From NCBI GenBank assembly GCA_030141605.1, contig JAQGDQ010000399.1, positions 124,001 through 188,000 on the forward strand: 64,000 nt of DNA, written 5' to 3'. This stretch comes from Tubiluchus corallicola. Lineage: Eukaryota; Animalia; Priapulida. The position numbers were made by a program, and so were the translations under genes. Each line of letters opens with the position of its first letter. Within the stretch, counting starts at the first letter, position 1. Below are positions 1 to 13,799 of the stretch, one piece after another. The notes under the pieces were generated by a model. The model did no database searches. It saw nothing but the letters and a program-made list of their open reading frames with translations, and was not told where the DNA came from.

Positions 1-429
1 AAGCAATGCGAAAATAATGAGAAACATGTAAAATTCAAGATCAATACGGTTAGTTTCGACTGAAACTTTGTTAATGCCAAACCTAACTTTTAGTATTATT
101 GGTGCGAGGAAGTTTTTTTGCTCATGTACTTAAAACAAGCATGTATACAAGTTTGTCTTTACCGTGCATGCGATTAGTATACCTTCTTTTGTTTTCCATA
201 GTTACCTAGTAGTATCGAGAAAGATGTATACACCCCAAAAGTGATCAAGACACCTCTACCAGTAAGGTAGCTCTCAGAGGGTTTTTCTTGGTAATTGTCT
301 AGGTAGCGGTCCTGTCACAAGCTTGTATAATAAATAGTTTTCTTGGCTTATAGGGTGCCATACTATTCACATGAGCTGGGAAACTACGCCGCTCTTTGTG
401 AAAATTATGCTTTAAACATATACTTGGTT

Positions 430-1055
430 ATCAAATAAGGAAAACTATTCAGCTACGGCAAGCTGAAAAAACTAAACGTTCCCACCATAGACGCCATTAT
501 ACAATACCTTTACGTTCATTTACAAAGACATATATAATATCAGCAAACCATTTAAATATAATCACATTCCTTTTATTAAAGACAAACAGTTAAACAAGTG
601 AACTCTAGACATAAAGCTAATTCAGACAAACATTAAACAAAGTCATAACTCAGTATCTAAAGCAGCATTTAATATCTGGAATTCAGCACCTCAAGAAATA
701 AAATCTTCAACGAGTTTAAGAGATCTCAAAAAGAAACTAAAGAACACGCTACTCAAAAATTATGAGAGGCCCCTTTACAGTAAATTCCATCTAAAAAATC
801 GAAATGAAAATACGACTCACTGTAAAAATACATATGTTAAAACTCATTTTTAAATGTTTTATGCGCATGCATTGTCGACATGAATTTGTGAACTTCATTC
901 ACTTTCATTCACTTAAAACTTAACTTTTGTAAAATTTCTTTAGTCATTTAGTTTAACACTACTGCCTACAACAGTCGTTGATTGGTTATACATATAACAT
1001 TTTCATACATTCTATCATACCTGTAAATGTGTGTAACTTATGCAATAAAGATTCT
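430..1055 (+). mobile_element. LINE (CR1/L2-group) 3' end fragment with 3' UTR
   Basis: Translates near 648-765 to SVSKAAFNIWNSAPQEIKSSTSLRDLKKKLKNTLLKNY, resembling the typical CR1/L2 ORF2 C-terminus (WN.LP..IK....FK..LK); followed by an AT-rich UTR ending in AATAAA at ~1044. Confidence 0.6.
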
Positions 1056-4000
1056 ATATACATCCTGAATTTTTGACTGTTTAGTGCATACGTATAAACA
1101 TCAATCTACATATATCGAAAATCCATTAATGTAACAAAACTTACACAAAATTGTACAATGGTGCCAGGAATTATTAATAGACTGCACTGAATTTAAAATG
1201 TGACACGGCAGCGCTTAAATTACTTTACATTTTGAATAAGATCACTAATCTGTGTTTTTGGGTATCAGTCATTGGGATGGCGAAGCAGTGCCGTTTTACC
1301 GCGAATATTTTAAATTATTAAGAATTTTCCTCTCCAATTACATAAATCTTTCAGGCGGGTAAATGCACTGCCAAGTGATATAAATTTGTGTAGAAAATTC
1401 TTTAGGGTATGCTTTAAAATTCCCCTTTCTTCCCCTGTGATTATAGAGAAGTCATATCTCTACTTATCTGAAAACTTGTGTAGGTGACTAGGCGTCTGTT
1501 GTCTCAATCTTCCAGTAAATGGTCAATCGTTCGCTCTTTTACTGGAACATCTTGGGAAATTATTCAAGATTGAAATTTCTCAGAAAGGCTATCTAGTAAA
1601 TCAGAATAGTTGGCAAACGACTGCAAGTTGCAGTAAAAAACCTATTTCGGCGCTTATGATACATGTTGCTTGCAAGTGAAATTTGCTAAATTGCACACGA
1701 GATGAAGAGCTGCGAACTCGTTTAGATAAGAGGGTTTTTTGACTTCTTGGAGGCAGTCTACTACTTTATCACTCTATGGAAAATACATCTGTAGTCTCTA
1801 CTATTATTGTTTACCGAGAAATGCATTTAAAACTCCCATCATTCTTTAGCCAGAATTTTCAAAAAATATTCTAGTCAACAGTCTGACCGGTCGCTATGTA
1901 CGGCGGGGTTCATGGCTGCGTGTGGTTGCGGGCTTACGGCGTTGTGCTTAGCAAGAGTTTAACAATGGCGCCTAGGTTGTTTAGTTAATGGATTGGTAAA
2001 TCGCTTCGACTCTCCCTCTGCGCGCTCTCATTTACCATGCCACTTCTGGCTGTTTACTTCGTAGATGGACGATGTACACACATCTGATTCTAGACAAAAT
2101 ACCTCTTTTGGTTCAGTGGCCCATCGTAGAGGCATAGCCTTGATATTGAATTAACTTCCCGAATTCGCTAATTCCTAAGTTGGATTCCGAATTGTGTAAA
2201 ATATCTACACAATTATAGGCTCTTTTTGTTTAGCCAATATAGATAAGCTTATTTCATAAATATAAAAAGGTTGAACAGTAAAAGCCACATTACAAAATTT
2301 TTGTAAAGGGAATATATTGTTGAATTTACATATAGACCTGTGTGGGTCCTCAAAATGAAAGAATTGCAAAGAAGCCTATTTTTTCTAAACCGAACAACCG
2401 TCTTTTTTTCAAGAATGTGTGTTTGTTTATTGAACCACCATTACATACGTACAAACAATTAAACAAGTCAGATTTAAGCTAGAGTGAAAGAAACGTTTAC
2501 TAAAGACAAAATCCCCTTTAAAGGAATATTGTGACTTTAGCGTACAGCACAACTAATTCGTACAACGGGAAAGTTTGTTACAGTATAAGAAAACGATTAC
2601 TTGAACTTGTAAACAATAAACATCTACTAGCTAAATTGTCAACTCCGTACGAATCGTACAATCTTGTTATTTTGTGGAACAAAGGTCTGTTTCTAAATAA
2701 CAATCGTCGGACGTGATAGCTGCGAATGCTTATTTACTGAATGTATTTAGTGTAACTTTTATTGTAGTGTGATGTTTTCATGTTTTTTATGGCTTTTATG
2801 CTGAAATGAATTAAACTGATCTAATTTAAGCTAATCTAATCTAATCTAATAGTTATCACAACAATGTTACATAAACTAGTACTAATAACTCTTTACACAA
2901 TTGTTTCTAGATTTTATGCATATCATTCTTAGTCTGAAAGGCTGATTCCAGAAAAGCTAAAGTAATCTTGCGTAATTCGAATATAAATAATTGCCATGCA
3001 TAACTCTATTCTGATGTATCCCCATATAATGACAAATTATATGTAATTTTGATTTTGTGACTACAGTAATTGGATTATTTTTGCTGTAACTGAAGTGAAA
3101 GCGAAAGTTAACCTTTGCGCCGGCTTCCCGTGGATGGTAAAAAGCTGATTATATAATTAGCCGCGTGTCTGATGTAGATAAGAGGCTTTGATTTATGAAG
3201 CCATTATAGCAATGTCAGGGTTGTCTTCGACATTAATTAAAAACGGTTTAATTGGCCGTAAAGGAAGATCATAATGAGACAGCGGCGGGTGTGTAATGGT
3301 GTAATTTGCAAGGCCATTTAAAACCTTAATTGCCATTTAACTAGAAGTATTTGGGGGAAATTGTGTCATTACAACATTGTTTTCCAGAAGTTGCTTTGAT
3401 GATGTTCATTACCCTTTATCGACTGTTATAAAATATGTACGCGTAGTGAAAAGTTAACCAACAACCAACAGGACAATGGTTGGCTCTTAATGGTTGGGGT
3501 ACTAGAGCTCAAAACTAAAAATTAATTTACTCTTTAGACCGTGACTCTTCAATTAATACGTAAACTCGTAGTTTGCAAAATTTATGCGTTTACATCTGTT
3601 TACATCTTTTTCACGTTAACCAACGTTAACAGTTTTGTTAGTAATTCGCAGCTGATTGCTTATGACAGTTTAACAGTCGGTTTATGGGCGCTAAATTACA
3701 AATTTAAAACGCATTTCAGTCCAGAACTTTACTCTTGAAAATTTCATCATAATTTATGCTCTTGCAAATCATTTGACGTTTGTAGACGATGCCTGCATCT
3801 TTCTCCCGGGGCTAAATTGTCTACACACGTTTTAAGACGTTCATTCTAATTTTTTTCTGGAGGAATGTATTTAACAACACACCGTTTTTTATATTATTGC
3901 TTTTTTTATTATTTATGTTATATGGCAAAGGTAACTCCCGAATAATAATAATTTCTGTAGTGATAATGTGTAGTGTAGGTCTGCATACAAGTGTTTAGTT

Positions 4001-5397
4001 ATAATATTCCACGCATGCGCAGTGTACTCCACGTGCATGATGTTTTGCAGGGTTACAAACGTGAATACATTTAAAATTTATATGTTACCTGCCATATTTG
4101 AAGCTGAAATTGTTGTAAATAGGTTTTTGACCTTATGGCGCCTGAAGGTGTTAAAGTAAAAGCTGTGCCTGAGTTATTAAGGATGAAATCAAAATGTGAA
4201 GTATTTGCGCTACAGTTTCGGGTGCTTTGGGGTTGATTCTTCGGTAGATTATCTTTATCTCAAATTTAAATGGGCGAGTGGATTTCACTCGCACAATGTG
4301 CTGTTATATAAAAAAGTGCATAATTTTCACAGAAATTGTGACTGAAAGTGCTCTATTGTCATTAAGTTAATTCTGAAGAAATTACTGCTAGTGCTAGCAT
4401 GCAAGCCTTGCTGACTCAGTATTTTTAACGTACCTGTGTTTGAAGTTGGCTTTGCTACATTAGCTTTGATCTACGTAAATGTCATCCTTTAGAAAAATCT
4501 AATGGACTTTTGCATCAAAGTTCTAAACGGCGTCCTGACCCTGATAAAGTGCTTTTATATCTATAAGACACTTATGCCACCTATTGCCAGACACTCTTTA
4601 GTTTTCCCCCTCAGTTTCCATATCAGACTTTCAGAATTCTTGTCTATCTGAGATTGTGAGACGCAGTAAATCCAGATTTCTGCAAATCTGTTAGACTTAT
4701 GCAAACGCAAAATATTCTCCTATCTAACGTGAGCAGACCTAGTTTAGCTAAAATATTATTTGAACAGTGATGGACTGCTTCTTTAAATTTTATCAATCAC
4801 TTCTTTTTTCTTGAATAACTCCCTGAGCTTTTGATTTATGTGTATGTACACGATTTGAGAGCACAGCTCGTGCTGTGTAGATATATGTACATTCATCATT
4901 TATTTACTAACAGTCTTGCATATACGTAGAATCATTGTTTATTTACTGACAGTCTTGAACTGTGTATTTGTATGTAGTGCATGTAAAAATTTATCTCATC
5001 ATCTGAATACACTCGACCAGACAGACACAACGTGAACGAGCACTCGACCTTGACATTCCTAGTTGCTTGCTCAGGGAAAACGACAGATTTTGGTAAAAAT
5101 ATCTAAAAAATCGTACTTATTTTTAAAAATCATGTTAAAAACTCATCTTGCAAAAATGCAATTTTACTAAATTTTTAGTGCCTTGTTTGCCTGTCTTATC
5201 TTGACAGGTGTCGGTCATTAGAATTAGATTAATAAATGTTTTGTCAACTAAAGTATTTTTTGAACATGATTAAACATGGCGTGAAATTGTTGACAAAGTG
5301 ACACTTCGCGTATTTAAAAATGCGTTTTAAAAGCACGTGGTTACTACCGAAATTTCATTTCTGGTATAGCTTCCATTGAGATCTCATTGCTTGCATG

Positions 5398-5413
5398 TTG
5401 TTGTTGGTGTTGT

Positions 5414-5453
<40 letters not shown>

Positions 5454-5481
5454 CCTGTTATTATAAATCGTTCCTTAGTAC

Positions 5482-5541
<60 letters not shown>
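5398..5541. repeat. (TTG/CTG)n followed by (AT)n microsatellites
   Basis: Directly visible. Confidence 0.95.
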
Positions 5542-5547
<6 letters not shown>

Positions 5548-6294
5548 ATTTCGCAAAAGAGTAAATATTACATTTTACTGAATTGCAATCTTAAATTAGT
5601 TCATCTGTACAATATTTAATATAAATTATATTGTTTAGCAAATAACATTTATACTTAGCATCTGTGTATAAAAGTCAAGTAATTTAATCTTTGGCTGATT
5701 TGCAGATTTAGCAATATCTATTTTACTTCATCTTTACAAAAGCTTTGGGTTACACATTCACCATTAAGTGTCCAGAAGAGTTCACAGCACATAAAATCAA
5801 TTTCATTAAAACTAGTAATACTCCTAAACTTTAATGAATTAACGAGTGTACGATTCTTTCCCATTGTTGTTATCATTTAAATTGACAAGTTTCTCATGAT
5901 CACATTGTTTTCATAACTTTTGTACGAATGTGCAACGTTTGCGTGCGTTTTGCAATTATAACAGGGAATGGTAATATACCAGAAATGCAATGAGTCATAC
6001 TATAATGAGAATTATATGGAATATCTAAAATCCTACGCAAAGCCTGCGTTAATTCAATAGCTAAAGATTTAACACTCTTGCATGTTAAAGGACAAGAAAA
6101 GGGGTACCTGAAGTAGGTTTCAGAAAAATCGAATTAAAATTATATTACTTTACATCAATTTTATGCACATATCGTATTCGCGTTGAAAGGAATTTTTGTT
6201 TGTTTTCATTTTAAATCTCCCGCAATACTGTTCCGATGGCGCCATTACATGACGTCACTAAAACAAATCAGGAGAAGAAAAGGAAATGTTAAAT

Positions 6295-6830
6295 TATGAC
6301 CCAAAACACTTTCCGTGCAAATCTATATTACTTGGTTTATCGCGTACCTATTGGAAACACTTATGTAACTAGACTAATAGTTTAAAATGTTTGTGCCAAT
6401 TGGTAAAATGTCGCTGACCCACCCTCCAGGGTGCGCCACTCACTAGCCAAAAACTTATTTTTAATCATATTGACAAGATACAGTAATTTAAAATTTTATT
6501 TAATTAGCAACATGTATGCTACGAATGCTCTGATTATTTTTTCAAACTTTACTTAATGATATCAAAACTTGTTTCAAACGACCTACCATTAAAATGGCTG
6601 CGCCTAACTTTCATCGCGGGAGTTTAAATTTACACGTTTCATACAGCGTTACGACCGATGCATGCCTTGCATACGAAAAGGTAGTATGTAAGAGGTATAA
6701 AATTTCGAGACGAATTTTTTAAGCTTAATGTAAGTGGAGGGTTTTCTTGTTCTTTAACTCAAGTATAGAGCTGCAGAATGACCAAAAGAACTTAAGAATT
6801 TCACGTTTATTTTTAACTGACCTGAAAAAG
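6295..6830 (+). mobile_element. Copy of a dispersed repeat family (probable non-autonomous DNA transposon), also at 9138-10280 (+) and 44285-44610 (-)
   Basis: Shared blocks such as ACTTTCC.T.CAAA..TATATTACTT, GCTACGAATGCTC.GATTA and AAAATG.CTGCG.CTAAC. Confidence 0.7.
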
Positions 6831-8199
6831 CATTGAAGCGAATTTACTGATTCGATAAAATCATTCTTACATCTAGTAACATCAGGCTGTTGATCGAGAT
6901 TGTTACTTAACTTTTGCCCTAAATGAGTAACACTACTGTGCCATTTTAGCTTTTTAGTACAAATATATATATATATATATATATCAGGCATGTATGTGTA
7001 AAACACAACAATCTATCTCTTCTAGCGCAAGTAAGGAGAAAATTCAGAAAACGGAAAAACATGACTGCATTAATTACTAGCCCATAGCAAAGCCTGACAT
7101 TCTTTCAAGTTAATTGCAACTGTCCGCTTGTGGTCAATTTTCAATTTTTGCATAATTTAGACTATAATTATGCATGTATTTAAACATCAGTAGCAAAATC
7201 TTCGCCGTCAACATAATTACAAATGAAAGTTTTTGTAATGTGCATTTTTTATTATATAATTTGTTTTTGCTTTACCTTGAAAGCGGTTTCAGTTTGTAGT
7301 AATTACCAGTAAGCAAAGGTATTTATTTTCAAAAAAAGCAATTTACTACAATATCCTGCTTTCAAAAACCAAATTGATAATAGAAACACCTCACAGTCAC
7401 CTGGGGCGTATTAATCAATAGGCTATAGTCTAGGGCGCCAAAGTTTGGCAACATTTTAGGTGCCCAATTTTAATTTTTTCTGCTCGGAAATTGTGTATCC
7501 ATTTATATTATAGTAAAATAAGCATTGTGTAACACACCACAGGCTGTTACTGAATCGTATTATTATATAAGTGCCGTATAACGAACAAGTACAAAGTATT
7601 ACACAACGAGCAGTAACCTGCTTTTATGTAAGCACAGTTCATATGTACGTAATTAACAATGACCACGTAGAAGAAACTAGGTTAATAGAATTACTAATAC
7701 ACCACAAGTAATTCTTTATCTGTTCAGTACATAATCATAAATTCGCAATAAAGATGGGTGGGACAGCCTAGGGCGTCGTGAAACCCTTGACAGTCACTGC
7801 ATGCACACGAGATTGGAAACCATGTCGCAACCTGTAGGCCTATTGTACCGGATTCACAGAAAACAAGTCTGCAGCCGGAATTCTCTAATTATGCATACGG
7901 AAAGTTAATGCACTATAAATATTATGACACAGTATTAATTGCGATAGTTAAATGTTTTTAATGACCTGCTATCAGACGCAAAGCAACAAGTGTTGTTAAT
8001 TTCATGCTGTTTTGTAATCGCGCATTAATGATATTAAGCAATTATGCAACTTTATGGTACCTTCAGTATCGCAATTCAGTCAGTGCGTTTGTGGGTTGAT
8101 GCAATAAGGTAATGTACAGAGATGATTTTTGTACAGTTTGTATGTGGGTGTGAGTGACGTAGTTGAAGGATGATCACCCGGTGTAAGTTTAGGGACGGA

Positions 8200-8819
8200 A
8201 ATTAAAGCAAAACCGGATCCAATCTTAACCTGTAGGTCAAAACAATCTACGCTTTAAAATACTGAAAGAAACACTATTTTTTTCAAAAATGACTTACGTG
8301 AAAGAATTATTACCACACAAACACAGTTTCTCGTTCGCGCTGCTAATACTCCGCTGTTGCATGCATTTCGCCATTCGCTAGTTAGACGAGTACTGGCGCC
8401 TGCATTTCTGAAACGCATTGAACAAAAAACAGGTGCTGTACCTCTCAGTTCAGATGTGTTAGTTTCTGACGAACTAAACTCATTCGACAGCGCATGCGTG
8501 AGCGCAACGGTAAATTTGAAATTTGAGTTTTTATCTTAAAACCTGCCTATTTTTAGTACAACACACTGGATCTCTTACAGTAGCACCGTACTTCAATTTT
8601 TGCTTTCGCAAACACGTGCAACACGCTCGTGGAATATTTTTGGTGTTGGAAATTATGTTAGTTTGTGATGTCATCAATAATTGGGCTCGCCCGTCGTTAA
8701 TTAAATTTTTCATCTATTATTTAATTATCAGAAAGGCTTTTGCAGTATTAATTGTGTTAAAAGGCATACTTTTGTCGGATTTGAAAGGGGTGGTATATGA
8801 AAAATCATCCTGTCTTCCT
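8200..8819 (+). mobile_element. Kolobok-like non-autonomous DNA transposon, family B (other copies 12104-12530, 52325-52941)
   Basis: Three near-identical copies (CAGGTGCTGTACCTCTCAG.TCAGATGTGTTAG...); right end AATCATCC.GTCTTCCT followed by TTAA. Confidence 0.7.
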
Positions 8820-9137
8820 TTAACTATCATAATTAAAGACAAGTGGAAATAGCAAAGTTCAGCTAACTATTTCCTTTACTCTCAAGAGCCACCTAAACAT
8901 TTGTTTGTGATTTAATTGTTCATCATTATGATGGTAAAAAATTTAAAATCATTCTGAATTTTATTATTTAATTTGCCCGATCATTGAAAGTTTCGATATA
9001 TTTTATCTTAACTTGATTAACTAAAATGATGTTAAGCTTCCCGTTTTTAAGAGGTACTGTATTTAGAAATGTGCCTCGTATTGTAATGTGGATTTTTTTA
9101 CATTGATGTCTTTTATACTGTATTTTGATTTACTTAA

Positions 9138-10280
9138 AGGGGGAGGGTACGTCTCAAAAAACTTTCCATACAAAGTTATATTACTTAGCATTACGATTAC
9201 CTATTTGAAATACTTTGGTAACTAGAAAAGAAAATTCTTAGTACCTGGTAATTTAAAATGTTCGCGCCAACAAGTAAAATGTTACTGATTCACTTTCCCA
9301 GTGTGCACCACTCACTCACTTTCCCAGTGTGCACCACTGACTCACCTTCCCAGTGTGCTCCACTGACTCACCTTCCCAGTGTGCACCACTGACTCACCTT
9401 CCCAGTGTGCACCACTGATTCACTTTCCCAGTATGCACCACTCACTCACTTTCCCAGTGTGCACCACTGACTCACCTTCCCAGTGTGCTCCACTGACTCA
9501 CCTTCCCAGTGTGCACCACTCACTCACTTTTCCAGTGTGCACCACTGATTCACTTTCCCAGTATGCACCACTCACTCACTTTCCCAGTGTGCACCACTCA
9601 TTCACTTTCGCAGTGTGCACCACTCACTCACTTTCCCAGTGTGCACCACTGACTCACCTTCCCAGTGTGCACCACTCACTCACTGGCTCACTTTCCCAGT
9701 GTGCACCACTGACTCACCAAATGTATGTTTATCCCTGTTGACAAGATAAAGTAAGTTCTACTTTTGCTTAGTTAGCGAAGTGCGTGCTACGAATGCTCCG
9801 ATTAACTCTTCAAGCTTTACTCAATGTTATGTAAACTTGCTTCAAATGGTCTATCGTCAAAATGACTGCGTCTAACGGTTAACGTGGTAGTTTAAATTTC
9901 AGGTTTTTCGTACAGCGTTACTGCCGATACAAACTTTGTATACAATAAGGCAGTACGCAGACGACACAAAATTTGAAGACGAATTTTTTAGGCTTTATTT
10001 ATGGCAAGTGTTTTCTTGTGCTTCAAGTTTGTGTCAGTGCATTGAAATTTTGTGTTTTAACATTTTTGTAGTAGGCACTTTGTTTACCTTGAAAAGCTTT
10101 GAAAAGTTCAAAGTCAAACTTTTTTATTTGAATAATTCGAAATTTCATAACGTGATAAAACGTAAGTAACAATGTAATTCGACGCTGCATTATAATTGCT
10201 AACAATATTTTAACTTTGTACTTGGTATGCAGATATTTCCTGGCATAATGATAATTTTATTATTATTTTACGTTTATTTT
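9138..10280 (+). mobile_element. Dispersed repeat copy (TTAA|AGG start, Kolobok-like) containing an internal 26-bp minisatellite
   Basis: Homologous to 6295-6830 and 44285-44610; begins TTAA-AGGGGGAGGGTAC. Confidence 0.65.
9284..9718. repeat. 26-bp minisatellite (ACTGACTCACCTTCCCAGTGTGCACC), ~16 copies
   Basis: Directly visible tandem units. Confidence 0.95.
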
Positions 10281-11339
10281 AGTAAATAAAAAGTATCATA
10301 GAATAATGAACAAAGCTTAGTTAAAAATCACAATTAAAAAAATTACTGCAAAATAAATAAAATAAATATTAACACAGAGAACAGAGAATTAGTAAGCTAA
10401 ATGTGTAAGAAAGGGTTAGTAAGTCTATATTCCCAATGGGCAAAGATATTCGAAGTTTAAATGACATCAGTGTTATGAATAAAACTACGTACGACTTGAA
10501 TTTAAAACTTGCTGACGAAGGCTAAAAGCATTTTTGCGTAAAATGAATGTAAAATAATAAATGTATAAGATTTGTTCACTAGTTAAGTACCTAAATGTGA
10601 ATATAACGGAATTATTCTGTGTTGTTCTTGGTAATATTTGTACTTCAATAAAACCATGGTCTATGCTAAAACTATCAGTGTGCGTTGTACCCTTTGGTTT
10701 TATCTATTTCCTATTCCTATCGTCTTTCTCTCGATTATAAACAGTCTGTTGGTGATGAAATTTTACAACTCTCGTCGTGTTTTCTATATGCTGTTTTGTT
10801 TTTATTTATGATTATGTGAATTTGCATTAGAATTGGTAATTATGTTTATTATAATTGTACTCGCTGTTTTTCATTGTGTATAATGTGTGTAAATTTTTGT
10901 TACTAAGTATTAAAATATGTTCGTTATCTTTTATTATGTATGTATGTAGTGTTGGATTATAATTTGTAACTATGTCTATTGTATATGATCGTTGTCGTTC
11001 AATGTGTCTCATGCGTTGGATTCTAAATTATATACTATGTGAATAGGTTTAATACGTTGTAGATGCTTTTAGAAATTTTAAACATATCCCTACAAATAGA
11101 GGGAATGTATTCTGTACATAATTTTTAAAAATAAAGGATTATAATAATAATAATAATATCTGTCTCATAGAAAAGTATCAGTGAAACCGGTATATCGATA
11201 GAATTATTCATCTCTAAACTGTTTATTTATTCCTTCGCGTCGCGCTTTTGGCTCAATTTTGTGTGATAAATCTTGACATTTAGCGACTTGACTGACGTAT
11301 TTTAATCAACTTATTCATGCCAGAGTGCTCCCACAGCTT

Positions 11340-11540
11340 TTATGCAACGCAGTTTTACTCATTCGTGGAAAAGCTTTACTCACACAGCCGTCACGCAAGT
11401 GCATTGCGTAGAACATTCCTCAGGGAGTAACACTTGGACCATCCACTTCTAAACTGCAAACATCTCCCTGATTGAAACGGGTCTTTTTCAGTGATCAATA
11501 ATCAACCTCCAGAACTGAAGGTCGTCCATGACTGCTTGTC
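11340..11540 (+). mobile_element. Highly degraded LINE RT fragment
   Basis: ATT CCT CAG GGA GTA ACA CTT GGA CCA = IPQGVTLGP, resembling the RT motif GVPQGSVLGP; otherwise not open. Confidence 0.35.
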
Positions 11541-12103
11541 TTTTCGCATATTTATTTTTGTTTTGACCGACTGGCTGGCTAATAGACTAACTGATTACAA
11601 TCTCTGATTATTTGTGAGATTTTGCTGAAGTCGTGTTTAGATAAATATATTCTGCTATCTTTCTTCTTTACTTGAAATCTGGAATATTTGTTTGTCTGTT
11701 TATTTGTTTTTCATTTGTACGTTTTTCTGTTCGCTGGTTTGTCCGTTTGTGTCCTCGACATGTTGCCGCATTTCCAGGGTTACTGACTATATTTGAATTT
11801 GTTGCCCACATGCTATGGCATGAAAAGAAAAAGAATTATGCTACTGCTTATTAATCCAATGTTTTATAACGTTTTAATAAAGTGATCTGTCACGAGCGCC
11901 CCCTGGGGTACATTATTTTAATGGACATTGCAACGTTCCAACGTTCCAAACAGAAATGACAGGGCAATTAATGTTTACGTTGTAAATTAAGCTTTAGCAC
12001 ACCCAGGTGCGTGTGTGTGACGAATAGCTTAGTAGTAGGAATTCCGCAGCGGTTAAGCATTTAGAATTGTCAAATATAGTAAAAAATAAGTAATCCACAC
12101 GAC

Positions 12104-12530
12104 GGGCACTAACGCCTGCATTTCAGAAACGCATTGCAAAAAAACAGGTGCTGTACCTCTCAGTTCAGATGTGTTAGTTTCTGACGAACTACACACGTTC
12201 GATAGCTCGTGCGTGTGTACAGCGGTAAATTTTAAATTTGAATTTTTATCTTAAAACTTGCCTAGTTTTAGTACAACACACTGAATATCTTACAGCAGAA
12301 CAATTTTCACTTTCGCAAACACGTGTAACACGCTCGTGAAATATTTTTGCTCTTGAAAATTGTGTTAGTTTGTGATGTCATCAATAGTTTGGACTCGCCC
12401 GCCGTTAATTAAGTTTTTAATCTATTATTTAATTATCAGAAACGCTTTCGCAGTATTAAGTGTGTTAAAATGTATACTTTTTATTGGACTTGAAAATGGA
12501 GCTGTATATGAAAAATCATCCTGTCTTCCA
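12104..12530 (+). mobile_element. Kolobok-like family B copy (partial)
   Basis: Homologous to 8390-8819. Confidence 0.7.
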
Positions 12531-12742
12531 CTAATTGTTTAAACATCGCAATTTTGTTGCTGTTTGTTAATATAAGAGAAGTGTTTCGTTGTAGGCTAAG
12601 TTTTGATAATTCTGTTGAGTTACCAGTTTTCCACGTGCCACACATAGTATGGGCATTTTGTTTATATGCGTAATGTAGCAACGGCAAATAGAGTGGATTT
12701 ACTGTAGACGGTAGACCTATAAGGTCAATTTCTAGAAGCCGA

Positions 12743-13447
12743 TGGCTAGCAATGTTCTTGTAACGTTGGCTAAACGTGGCACGTTGGCTAGCAATGTTCT
12801 TGTAACGTTGACTAAACGTGGCACGTTGGCTAGCAATGTTCTTGTAACGTTGACTAAACGTGGCACGTTGGCTAGCAATGTTCTTGTAACCTTGACTAAA
12901 CGTGGCACGTTGGCTAGCAATGCTCTTGTAACCTTGACTAAACGTGGCACGTTGGCTAGCAATGTTCTTGTAACCTTGACTAAACGTTGCACGTTGGCTA
13001 GCAATGTTCTTGTAACGTTGACTAAACGTGGCACGTTGGCTAGCAATGTTCTTGTAACGTTGACTCAACGTGGCACGTTGGCTAGCAATGTTCTTGTAAC
13101 GTTGATTAAACGTGGCACGTTGGCTAGCAATGTTCTTGTAACGTTGACTAAACGTGGCACGTTGGCTAGCAATGTTCTTGTAACGTTGACTAAACGTGGC
13201 ACGTTGGCTAGCAATGTTCTTGTAACGTTGACTAAACGTGGCACGTTGGCTAGTAATGTTCTTGTAACGTTGACTAAACGTGGCACGTTGGCTAGCAATG
13301 TTCTTGTAACGTTGACTAAACGTGGCACGTTGGCTAGCAATGTTCTTGTAACGTTGACTAAACGTGGCACGTTGGCTAGCAATGTTCTTGTAACGTTGAC
13401 TAAACGTGGCGCGTTGGCTAGCAATGTTCTTGTAACGTTGACTAAAC
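12743..13447. repeat. 42-bp minisatellite, ~17 copies
   Basis: Unit TGGCTAGCAATGTTCTTGTAACGTTGACTAAACGTGGCACGT; the long ORFs here are artefacts of a 14-codon unit. Confidence 0.95.
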
Positions 13448-13799
13448 TTGTTGTCCAACTTAAGTGTGCACTGCACCATTTTGCAATAATTTTGGCTATT
13501 ACTATGTAAGTCAGGATAAACTCGAGATGTCAAACAATTTACACCATCAGAAATGTGATAAGAAGTCACCTTTGTATAGATTTGTAGATAAGTAGATCTG
13601 TTGCATATGAATAAATAAATAAGTTTTGTATATTTAAAAAAACGAGATGATATTTCGATCTCGATTCTCAAAGTGCTAAATGTGGCTCTAATAAACCGCA
13701 AACAATTGGTATTTTTTAAGCTTTTAGAAAGCAGATCAGCTGAATATTCTAGCGGTTTTATGAATTGTATGTAACACATTATATGTATGGCTGCATCAG

